A DNA stretch of 31,016 nt, taken from IMG/VR virus record IMGVR_UViG_3300035135_000794, positions 1 to 31,016 of that record; one strand, given 5' to 3'. This document shows, piece after piece, positions 9,001 to 17,000 of this stretch; within the stretch, counting starts at the first letter, position 1; each line of letters starts with the position of its first letter. The notes below the pieces were generated by a model that worked only from the letters and a program-made list of their open reading frames with translations, did not search any database and was not told the origin of the DNA. The DNA comes from a virus (taxonomy: Duplodnaviria; Caudoviricetes). Position numbers and translations under genes: made by a program.

Positions 9001-9114
9001 AGATAGACCGACATAAAGATCGTAACTATCAGTAGTAAAACCCGGTTCACCAACCTGCAATCCAGGAAGATTCGATAAAATGCCCCTCTTAAATTGAATT
9101 ACGGGTGCCGGCAT
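6061..9114 (-). CDS. Fibre-like virion protein (1017 aa): Mtd-N-like N-terminus, short shaft, two PKD/Ig-like domains and a large C-terminal beta-rich region
   Basis: N-term MPAPVIQFKRG..LQVGEPGFTTDSYDLYVG. PKD signatures YDIDWGDG...SHTY...GTFNITVTAKN and YTVNWGDG...QHTW. Perfect TATAAATA upstream. Confidence 0.8.
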   Translation of the reverse strand: MPAPVIQFKRGILSNLPGLQVGEPGFTTDSYDLYVGLSSALATNKFVGSHRYWTKDTATTGSGVNLVEGTDNGTNYITLKSPDSLAGNVVYVLPGTQGDASTVLTNDGAGNLTWASSSVDFSSITTFTSTQEVTLGDPDTGALQVDGGLGVNKSVTVGSAISVSGEALFAGITTFVSAVEISSSVEVGSAVTIADYGVHATGVVTATSFEGAGGELTLGSPTDGSLTDGALTHFTGSTKIVNSIDDLNELALNIIKNTAVTNVDFSGVSTTGGSPLTPTLTITSSGNANRYDIDWGDGDVTYDTSDSTPSHTYTEPAGGTFNITVTAKNSSGTGAGSSQSSTKSNFVLVYTGDPSVSFALYRASSGGSALSGNDLYVVEGQSLYLDNNTTNATQVGSGATYTVNWGDGSDVSFVASNTVGGGASTSADRLQHTWAQGTNSGTGRDTLTLTLNTHATADPAVIPASGTVTLKVYDDAPTAPDGLSSKTLSNVSSTGTSPKLAHGFTDNTGGSTIAAGDDVNRVTTGTAVAGPITSFAYNGDSGTLTANVNGSGDGNVTLASGDQSGTYTSLVVDSESDYQLLDSGGSSTSFANSIYYPGLYKGFKARVSKAVSGLSVGANSMQLSHSATGNTNTVEFVKDDLTANPTTNVGSATLTQNTAGTFRYVSGIPYYNSGSPNLTLAGVTIDDLVGQTYTNQSNIVEVDSGTNQESTSSSAITSSDFTYANIDGSTTMLDSGTPKANTGTSSAYAIGSLTIPITSSSVRTVDRIKVRARNVNGVGNYSSDIGTNIQVHTAAQSGISEIAIAAADALGATYDDDGVRIFDFSGETTNTPGFTTTTNYYTNNAYSESADPGISTSTEAVLRLGTIKHDETDYSSGYLPVGPDLSSRSGTQYFTFAFRRTNVASFDINITSAGITGLFIAAPGTNIDATSGLNGWLRADTTYAGAGTPGSGTGGNGSDGCAFTSGDRIQASTALSGGYTMTLGEENMSNAQDNVVLVRIALASGQSVTALSIGEAS

Positions 9115-9148
9115 CGCGTCTTAACCTTATTATATTTTAAGCTGTAGT

Positions 9149-9156
9149 TATTTATA
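9149..9156 (-). promoter_or_regulatory. T4 late promoter, perfect consensus TATAAATA
   Basis: Plus-strand tatttata in the 47-bp gap, 34 nt upstream of the ATG at 9114. Confidence 0.8.
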
Positions 9157-9161
9157 TATTC

Positions 9162-9476
9162 TTAGAATGAACCAGCATCCAAATCGATCTTATCATCGAG
9201 ATCTCCATCCAGTTGATCGATGAACTCGCTAGGCAGACTGTCGTCAGCAACAGCTTTGGTGAATACCATGTCTGGATCGACTGCTTTGTATTTTCCAGTT
9301 GCAGAGTCATACATCAGAACGTATCCGTCCTGTTGTCCTGTAGTGTCAATATCGCTTATGTCTGAGATGTTAGCCACTTCTGTTTGTGTAAGTTGTGTGG
9401 TTACTTTGAATTGGTTGTCCTCTTTTAGGCGAGTGGTATAAGTTGGACCAGTTGCAAGAGTTACTTTAAATTCCAT
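9162..9476 (-). CDS. Small acidic fibre-associated protein (104 aa) ending LDAGSF
   Basis: ORF track. ISDISDID...DGYVLMYDSATGKY is a phage fibre repeat type; tight operon spacing. Confidence 0.75.
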   Translation of the reverse strand: MEFKVTLATGPTYTTRLKEDNQFKVTTQLTQTEVANISDISDIDTTGQQDGYVLMYDSATGKYKAVDPDMVFTKAVADDSLPSEFIDQLDGDLDDKIDLDAGSF

Positions 9477-9480
9477 CTTT

Positions 9481-9816
9481 TTATATAGAAACGGTGTCCG
9501 ATACTAATGCCATTCCCTCAAACACTTTTGTTTTCTTTTCTGTGCTGGTATGTTGAATGACAACATCATAATAATTTCTTCCCGATGATAAATCAGAAGT
9601 ATTAGTATCACTCATTTCTATTTTTATTTCACCCGTGGATGCAGTAATAGTTGTCGAAAAGGTTTTAGCAGTTCCAGCATTAGGATGTTTCCTAATCTTT
9701 GCTGTAGCACTATAACTCGCCAGATTGAAAGCAGATCCATCTGAAGAATTAATTGTAAAAGTCGATTCGAAATCAGTGCCCTTTTCAATTCTTATGTTTA
9801 CTGCGGCAACGGACAT
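9481..9816 (-). CDS. Small beta-sandwich virion protein (111 aa), BppU-N-like adaptor fold suspected
   Basis: IEKGTDFESTFTI...FNLASYSATAKIRK...GEIKIEMS..NTSDLSSGRNYYDVVI...KVFEG pattern, typical of small phage adaptor proteins. Late promoter upstream. Confidence 0.75.
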   Translation of the reverse strand: MSVAAVNIRIEKGTDFESTFTINSSDGSAFNLASYSATAKIRKHPNAGTAKTFSTTITASTGEIKIEMSDTNTSDLSSGRNYYDVVIQHTSTEKKTKVFEGMALVSDTVSI

Positions 9817-9839
9817 TTTACCTTTTTATATTCGTACTA

Positions 9840-10292
9840 TTATTTAGTATCCTCTTCCTGTTGGTTATTCTTTAGTAGTTTTGTCAACTCTGCGGTTGAT
9901 CCAACAAATAGAGCATTTGTAACGTTTGTTGGTCCTTTTTGTTTTGTATCTTCTTCCACATCTTTCAATTTTTTCTGCAGATCCATTAACTTGTCGGTGG
10001 TATCTGCAACATTTTTGATCAATTGAGCCGCAACTTCATATGCTCTCGGTTGTTCCGTTTCTGCTGCCAACTCTAAGATACCGTTGATAGCATCTTGTCC
10101 CTTTTCTATTAAGGAATATAATTGATTTCGGGTATACTTATAATCTTTTTTTATCTCTGGTGTTTTCTCAGATTCTTCAATCGATTCCTCATTAATAACT
10201 TCAACAGGAGTAGTTTCTACCTCTGGAACTATGGGATCTTCTCCCATTCCAAATGATTCGTTTAATTTGTCAAATTTCTTAGTCATTTTCAT
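9840..10292 (-). CDS. g16: Terminase small subunit gp16
   Basis: DYKYTRNQLYSLIEKGQDAINGILELA...PRAYEVAAQLIK...NALFVGSTAEL matches T4-like gp16. It follows g15 with an ATGA overlap. Confidence 0.92.
   Translation of the reverse strand: MKMTKKFDKLNESFGMGEDPIVPEVETTPVEVINEESIEESEKTPEIKKDYKYTRNQLYSLIEKGQDAINGILELAAETEQPRAYEVAAQLIKNVADTTDKLMDLQKKLKDVEEDTKQKGPTNVTNALFVGSTAELTKLLKNNQQEEDTK
9841..9847 (-). promoter_or_regulatory. T4-type late promoter (CTAAATA) overlapping the g16 stop codon
   Basis: Minus strand ACT AAA TAA; 24 nt upstream of the ATG at 9816. Confidence 0.55.
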
Positions 10293-11284
10293 ACCACACT
10301 CCCACTAAATCCAAAATCATCTCCAAACTGTACCAAATCATTATCGGCAGCAGTAATCGATTTGACACTATCTCCTTTCAAGTGAGATTTAATTGCCGAT
10401 CCATCGACTCCTCTATCCACTGTAAGATTATTTCCACTTACAAGTCTTACATATACTTCCTCTTGGTTGATATCCAAATAAGTATCCTTTTCAATTCCAG
10501 TTGCATCATCTACTGTGATCATACTGTCAGTGGTTTTAACATCACCCGACAAAGATGTAAGAACATTTCCAGTGTAATTTCTGATTGCTCTTACAGATTG
10601 AGTATATGTAAGTTCTCTCGTTTGACTTGGATCCCCAGCACCAATAGCAATAGTAGCTCTCTTGATGACATCCTTGGATACATCTGGAATAGGTCCAAAC
10701 AAGTATGTTTTAGCACTAAACCGTAACGTATAAGTTAAAACTCTTCTTGTCGTATAGTCACCCTCATAATCATCAATCATAGTGATATTTTCCAAAATAA
10801 TTGGAATATCTTTCTTCTCTTGTATATCTGATGCCAACTCTACGGTCAGATTAAATTGTGGTTGAAAATATGGTAAAATTTGCTCTACTATCTGCAATGC
10901 ATCGTCATTCAACTTTGACATAATAGACAATTCAAATTGCATTGTGTAAGGAACTGGCATATATGCCTTTCTAGTCTTAGTTCCGTCACCTGAGTCTTTT
11001 TGTAGAAATCTTTGTGTTGTTGTTACTTTTCTGGATGGATCATAAGTAACTCCAGTAAATTCAAATGACATCCTTGGCAATGTCATTGCAACTGGACTAT
11101 CCAAATCCCCCTGTTGATTAATTCTTGCTAAAAACTTTTGTGTTGGACCATAGGCAAGAGGAACTTTAATGACGCTGCTCACATCACCATTAGAATCCGT
11201 TTTTTGGATTTCTATATTATTGAAAAGTGTTCCGAAAGCAATGATAGTCTTTCGAAAAATCTCGTTATAAAAGTATTCAAACAT
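10289..11284 (-). CDS. g15: Tail sheath stabiliser / tail terminator gp15, with an extra C-terminal module
   Basis: MFEYFYNEIFRKTIIAFGTLFNNI...KVPLAYGPTQKFLAR...LPRMSFE...QIVEQILPYFQP motifs; position after g14. Confidence 0.95.
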   Translation of the reverse strand: MFEYFYNEIFRKTIIAFGTLFNNIEIQKTDSNGDVSSVIKVPLAYGPTQKFLARINQQGDLDSPVAMTLPRMSFEFTGVTYDPSRKVTTTQRFLQKDSGDGTKTRKAYMPVPYTMQFELSIMSKLNDDALQIVEQILPYFQPQFNLTVELASDIQEKKDIPIILENITMIDDYEGDYTTRRVLTYTLRFSAKTYLFGPIPDVSKDVIKRATIAIGAGDPSQTRELTYTQSVRAIRNYTGNVLTSLSGDVKTTDSMITVDDATGIEKDTYLDINQEEVYVRLVSGNNLTVDRGVDGSAIKSHLKGDSVKSITAADNDLVQFGDDFGFSGSVV

Positions 11285-11306
11285 TTTGCCAAGGTCTAAT
11301 AAGTAC

Positions 11307-11313
11307 TATTTAA
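11307..11313 (-). promoter_or_regulatory. T4-type late promoter (TTAAATA)
   Basis: In the g14-g15 gap, 22 nt upstream of the g15 ATG. Confidence 0.55.
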
Positions 11314-11317
11314 CAGT

Positions 11318-12739
11318 TTAGGGGACTCCAAATGGATTTCCTTCTGTAAAATCGATAATTTCGTCTGCAGCCGATTCAATTTCAGAGTTAGAAGCAAATC
11401 CATCGTCTCTTGGGAATTCATTAACACTCTTCAATCTGTAACTTGCGGAAGAAGCGGATCCAACTATAGTTTCTCCATATGTAAATGATCCATCTACGGC
11501 GTAAACATCCAATACTGATGTTGGTTTGTTCCAATTCTTAACTCTTGCTGTAGTTCCTGACGTTTGACCAGTAACAAGTTCATTAAGTTCGAATGTTCCA
11601 GATGAAGTCGATCCTGCCCCCGCAATTGTAATTGTTGGTGCTATTGTATATCCAGCACCAGCATTAGTGAGATAAATTGATTCTACATTTCCAGTAGAAT
11701 TGATTACAGCGGTAGCGGCAGCGGTGGTTCCACTTCCAGGAGAGGAGAATGTAACAGTCGGCACTGTGGTATAACCACTTCCTCCAGAAGTGATGGTTAC
11801 AAATCCAACTGCTCCAGTTGTAGTTATTCCTGTCGTAGCTGCAAATCCAGTTCCGTCACCTTTAACTGCAACTAAAGGAGCAACTGTGTATCCGAATCCT
11901 GGATTGATAAGACCAATTTCTTGAACAGATCTATCTTTTGGATCTACATTTTTATTGCATACAACTATTCCACCAATCATGATCGCTGTTCCGATACCAG
12001 TTCCACCATATTCGGGAGAAGAGGAGAATCCAACTTGAGGAGCATATGAATATCCTCCACCACGATTGCTAATATAAACGGCACTGATGGCACCATTAAC
12101 GAGACCAGTGTATACAGTAGCAGTGGAAGCAACACCGACCATATTCAAGGTCATCATACTTCCATAAACACCAAGAGGAGTTACTCCGTCCAGACTTGTG
12201 CTTCCTACTAGTTCTTCATCAATAGTATCAATTCCAGTATCAATAACTTCGTCTTCGAGTCTGAAGAGTTCGCATCTTAGAGTGTAGACATATGTGGATT
12301 GTAACTGATGGAATGGTTTTTCATGCTCCACATATTTTATCTCAAACAATCTTCCGCCCAATGGGAAATAAATCAAATCTCCCTCTGATGGTCTCTCTGG
12401 AAGACGATTTTGAGAATTTTGTTGTGCTAATGGTTTTATGTAGAGTTCATATCTTTCTCTTGAAATAGTCAGTGTTATCTCTTGCTGAGACTGTATTCCA
12501 AATTTAGAAAGAATAACAGAATTATCGGCATATCCATCTACATTTTCTAGATATGCTTCTATTGGATATGCTTCTTTGAAGGAAGATTCGATTAACTCTT
12601 CAATCACCGTGTTTGTGGTGATAAATTGTCGAGGCATATAATGAACCTCAACACCATACATCCTCAACTGCTCATTAATGAGGTCTTGGACTAAACTTTG
12701 CTCTGTTTTCGAACCTTGTTGAAAAAATGGATTTAGCAT
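11318..12739 (-). CDS. g14: Neck protein gp14 with inserted GxGY repeats
   Basis: MLNPFF..G...EQSLVQDLINEQLRMYG.EV.YMPR...LSKFG...RPSEGDLIYFPL...FEIKYVEHEKPF; C-term IIDFTEGNPFG. Confidence 0.95.
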   Translation of the reverse strand: MLNPFFQQGSKTEQSLVQDLINEQLRMYGVEVHYMPRQFITTNTVIEELIESSFKEAYPIEAYLENVDGYADNSVILSKFGIQSQQEITLTISRERYELYIKPLAQQNSQNRLPERPSEGDLIYFPLGGRLFEIKYVEHEKPFHQLQSTYVYTLRCELFRLEDEVIDTGIDTIDEELVGSTSLDGVTPLGVYGSMMTLNMVGVASTATVYTGLVNGAISAVYISNRGGGYSYAPQVGFSSSPEYGGTGIGTAIMIGGIVVCNKNVDPKDRSVQEIGLINPGFGYTVAPLVAVKGDGTGFAATTGITTTGAVGFVTITSGGSGYTTVPTVTFSSPGSGTTAAATAVINSTGNVESIYLTNAGAGYTIAPTITIAGAGSTSSGTFELNELVTGQTSGTTARVKNWNKPTSVLDVYAVDGSFTYGETIVGSASSASYRLKSVNEFPRDDGFASNSEIESAADEIIDFTEGNPFGVP

Positions 12740-12743
12740 ACTA

Positions 12744-13598
12744 CTATCCGATCATATCCATTGGTGGAAGTTCATAAGTATTGGACATTCTCTCCATAAT
12801 CTCTTCCAATTCTTTTTGAGCATCATCATATATTTGTCTACCATTCAATTCTATTCCACCAGGAAGTTTAACCCCTTGGAATTTGATTAAATTTTGTCCC
12901 CACTGCTTTTTAATTAAAGATGTCAAATATAACTTGAGGAAAGAATCGTTCCAAACTTTAGAATAATCATTTGGATTCAATGTACTATATGCGTCAATAA
13001 CGATATAGTCATCTACACTAGCGCCTGCCCAATCAATATCCAAATATAGTCTGTCTTGTCTCTTATTAAATCTTATCTGCTTTTCTGTATTGAGTAAAAA
13101 GTCAATATCCTCTAGATATGACTTCACCATAGAATACGAAAGAAGTTCTGTGCTTCCCCAGTAGTAAATATCATTCAAGAACAGTTGATATTTGATACTG
13201 AACATGTTATTGGTGATAGTATTACTACCATCAAACTTAAAAATCTTATTTACGCCAATTATATTTGGAGGAACTTGCAGATAATTGCTATTTTCCTCAA
13301 AAGTAAATGTAGTTGCAGAACTATCTCCTGCAATAGTGGTAGATGCAGTGGTGGTTGCGATTCCTACCGCAGTGTTGGACCCACCTCTACTTCTACCTCT
13401 ATCGATATCTGATTGAGTGATTTTGTACTTGTAATATGTCTGATAGACGCCATCAAAATGCCTTTCTTGGAAAAATTGTATAGCATCATCTACAAGATCA
13501 TCAATCTGCTCATCGGCAACATTGATTTCCAAAACTGGAGCACCCAGTTTTCTCTTGCAATATTCGATCAGGGTTGCTCTAGTCGTAGGCTGTGCCAT
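12744..13598 (-). CDS. g13: Neck protein gp13
   Basis: LIEYCKRKLGAPVLEINVADEQIDDLVDDAIQFFQERHFDG...KQWGQNLIKFQGVKLPGGIELNGRQIYDDA...PPMDMIG. Confidence 0.96.
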   Translation of the reverse strand: MAQPTTRATLIEYCKRKLGAPVLEINVADEQIDDLVDDAIQFFQERHFDGVYQTYYKYKITQSDIDRGRSRGGSNTAVGIATTTASTTIAGDSSATTFTFEENSNYLQVPPNIIGVNKIFKFDGSNTITNNMFSIKYQLFLNDIYYWGSTELLSYSMVKSYLEDIDFLLNTEKQIRFNKRQDRLYLDIDWAGASVDDYIVIDAYSTLNPNDYSKVWNDSFLKLYLTSLIKKQWGQNLIKFQGVKLPGGIELNGRQIYDDAQKELEEIMERMSNTYELPPMDMIG

Positions 13599-13617
13599 TT
13601 ATTCAACACTTTTTGAG

Positions 13618-13624
13618 TATTTAT
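13618..13624 (-). promoter_or_regulatory. T4-type late promoter (ATAAATA)
   Basis: 19 nt upstream of the g13 ATG. Confidence 0.7.
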
Positions 13625-13632
13625 GGTCGATC

Positions 13633-13797
13633 CTATATTACAGAAATCGTTTCTTGCTGTTTATAGTATAATTTTGCAAAAGACTTTGCAATGTCCTTTA
13701 GCATCTCAGGATCATCACACTTATCTATATCAGTTGCAATCTTTTGATATGCAAACTGCTTTGAGAGACTTTTTATTTCAATTTCATTTGGATCCAT
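13633..13797 (-). CDS. Small hypothetical protein (54 aa), absent from the ORF track
   Basis: Manual translation MDPNEIEIKSLSKQFAYQKIATDIDKCDDPEMLKDIAKSFAKLYYKQQETISVI*. It fills the gap up to the g13 promoter and overlaps the upstream gene by 14 nt. Confidence 0.8.
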   Translation of the reverse strand: MDPNEIEIKSLSKQFAYQKIATDIDKCDDPEMLKDIAKSFAKLYYKQQETISVI

Positions 13798-14011
13798 TGA
13801 TTAACTCCTTTAATAGTGATTTGATATCGTTGATATCATCCTTGATTCTATCAAGATCATCTTCCATGTTCTGTATCTTATCAATCTCTTTGGATTTGAT
13901 CTGTTTCCTCTTCTTGTATTCATTATAATCTTTCATATTATCATTGATGATAGCATTTGTTTGAGGGTCTCTCTTTAAATTTGAGTGACCCTCAACCTTA
14001 ATATAATCCAT
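13784..14011 (-). CDS. Small coiled-coil hypothetical protein (75 aa from the ATG at 14011; the ORF track uses TTG 14020)
   Basis: MDYIKVEGHSNLKRDPQTNAIIN...IKDDINDIKSLLKELI; directly follows the 2487-aa gene. Confidence 0.8.
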   Translation of the reverse strand: MDYIKVEGHSNLKRDPQTNAIINDNMKDYNEYKKRKQIKSKEIDKIQNMEDDLDRIKDDINDIKSLLKELINGSK

Positions 14012-14016
14012 AGTTA

Positions 14017-17000
14017 TCAAGCAAGGGCAATTACTCGTAAGTTTTTGAATCTTGGCGGATACGCTTGATTTGTTGAAGACAATACGAGTTTGATTCTGTA
14101 TAATCTAAAGTCTGGCAAGTTATTTACTTCAAATTGATATTCCTTATATTCAAGGTCCTCTGGAGTAAATCCTAAGGATGATGATTTATTTACAAACTGA
14201 TAAGGAGATCCATCATTTAAAGCTGGATCAATAACATTGCCAATTCCGTTCACATTGTTCCATCCTGGGAAAGGAGTGAATACAGGTTCAAACTTTTCTT
14301 CATTTGAAACTGCATAGAAAGCACGAATATCACTGAAAACATTGACATGAGCATCTAAAATAATCTTAATAGAAGATGCTGGAGTCTCAAGTCTGTTTTC
14401 TTTGGAAAGATATTGGAACGAGTTTGGATCTTCGTCGATGGTATTTACTCTTGGATCATTAGCATAATCCGTTATAGGAGCATTGATTCTATTTGTTGTC
14501 AGAATCGCATTACATCTTTGCAGATCTATTACAGGACTGATTCTTGGATCGGTAGTTCCAAGAAGAACTCTCATGTTGAAAGATTTGTTATTTGGAAGAG
14601 TTGTCAAGAATTCATTTTCATTTGCTTCGGAACAAATAAGTCTCTGACTATCGAGATAATTTGTTTGATTAAGCAATACACTTTCAAATCCCTTATCGAT
14701 AAATGTTCTTTCAGATCCATCAATACTCTGACCTGTAACTGTTCTTATCTGAGCGTTCAGAGAAGTTCCTCTTACAGTCGAATTTTGAATCATTGGAGAA
14801 ATAAGTTCATAAGCAATGTTTTGTGTTGCTTTTGCTGATCTTCCACCTGCAGACTTTTGTTCTCCAAGATATAACTTAGGATGACTTGTTCCTACAGTTC
14901 TGTCCGTACCATTGGTGGACATATCAAGATCAATGTAATAAGAATCAAACTCAAGGTTAGAGGATGATACATAATGCGGTTTATTGATTCTTCTGAGAGA
15001 AACACCGCCAAGTTCATACTTATAAACAGGAGTTCCTACAGGATAATTTTTGCTGTTTCCTGAAATTGCTCTAACAATTCCTCCACCAATTTGATTAGAT
15101 GATGTGCTGGTATAAGAAATAACCTCATCACCAATAATCACATAACCTTTATTGGTCGTTCCAACTCCAACATTCTCAAACAATCCAAAATTAGATGCTG
15201 TTTCTACTGAAATTGGATCAGTAGAATCTATAGAATATGGAGATGTCAACTTGGTTGGAATTATATCTGATTGTGCGTCGGAAATAATGACCTTATTTCC
15301 TTCAAAGTTCATTCCATGATTTTTGTGATTTACCTTGAACGATAATCCAGTATTTTCGACTGTAACGAGATTTGCCTCTACGCCACCTTCACTATCAGCA
15401 TTAAGATCTACAGTGACTAAACTATTGTTGAGGTATTGAATAGTTGAACCTGCTCCAGTTTTGAAATCTCCCTGTACATTTTCGAGAATCAGTTCAGTTG
15501 TGCTTGCAATAGAAACAATAGAAAGTCTCAGATTAGAACCTGATGGTGTGTTTCCAAGGGAAGATACGCCAACTACATCACCAGAAACATATCCATTTCC
15601 ACCATTTACGATAGTTGCACTTTGAATAATTCCACCAGATACTTGAATATCTGCTGTTGCGTTAATTCCGTTTCCGGTGATAGATGTTAATGCAACTCCA
15701 GTGAAAGTAAAGCTTCCACCATCAGCAGCAGAAGGAGTGTATCCTATACCTGGATTAATTACCTGGAGTGAACCAGTACAAATTCCTGCTCCACCAACAT
15801 ACTTACCAGTTGCATTTGAATTCTTCTGTGAGATAGTATTTCCAAATGTTAGACTGGTATCCAGGACCGCAGAAGTTATTCCAAGTCTAATTCTTCTAGA
15901 CTCTAAAGTAAGTGGGTTTGGAGTTAGAGGAGCAACTTGTCCATTTCCAACAGAAAGAGTTGGGTTGAAGAAATCAATTGTTCCACTTTCCACAAATTCA
16001 GCTCTGTAGAGATTGAATTTGAGATCTTCCCACTGCGAAGGTTCCCAAACAGCAGCGTTTTGTGATTTGAATAGAGATCCCAAGTAAGGTTGCTGTGCAA
16101 CGAATTCTTGGGTGATCAGATCGTTTTCACCAACTCTAGAGATGAATACGCTATATTTTGCCGAATCAGATCTTACAACAAGAGCGTATTCTGTTTGACC
16201 GTCCAGATAAACTGGAGCTGGGAATGTAAACGTTGTTGGAACTGATCCATCACTAGAAACATTGATATTAGCGGGATCCAAGTAAACTTCAGACAGAGGA
16301 ACAATGGTTTGAGTTGGAGTTCCAAGTTTAGTAGTTCTGAGTTGAATGCCGACAGGAATGTCTGCATCGTCCTTGGTTCTAAAGTAAAGATCTACTTTTG
16401 ATAAGTGTATTCCAGTTTCATCCTCAACAAAGAAAGTTTGTGCAAGAGGATCATAATAACCAATAATGACTCGTCTAGACGATTCTGCAATAATTTGAGA
16501 ATCTACGACAACTGTTCCTGTGGTTCTTCTTACGTCTTCTGTTTGAGATGTCTCAATAGTTTCAATTCTAGCATTTCTGACAGAAACAATGTTTTCCTGA
16601 ACAGTTTCTAAGGTTCCAGAAGATTCGAATGTTTCAACTGCATGAGTAGTTGCCAAATCTCTGTTATTGGCACTGTCACTACTGAGTTCAAAAGTCTTCG
16701 AACCAGTTTCAAAACGAGGGAATCCGATAACATCTCCATCTGGAATGAAGAAACTTCCCTGCACATTTGCAGCAATATCACTAATCAATCTTGTATTTGA
16801 TATTACTGCTTGAGCACCGCTAGTTTCTCCTTTTAATATCATTCCAGATTCAGCAAATCCGTAATAATCTCCATCAACTTGATTAGACAGCGAATATGTG
16901 TCTACATTGAGAAGAGACGATGTTGCCGAATATGTCGTAGGCATTGCCTCATCATTATACGGATTAATCGGATAAACTACTGTTGGAGCATTGAATTCTC

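Noticed and set aside
13623-13928. 101-aa plus-strand ORF
   Set aside because: Antisense to the 75-aa and 54-aa minus-strand genes, which fit the operon and promoter layout.
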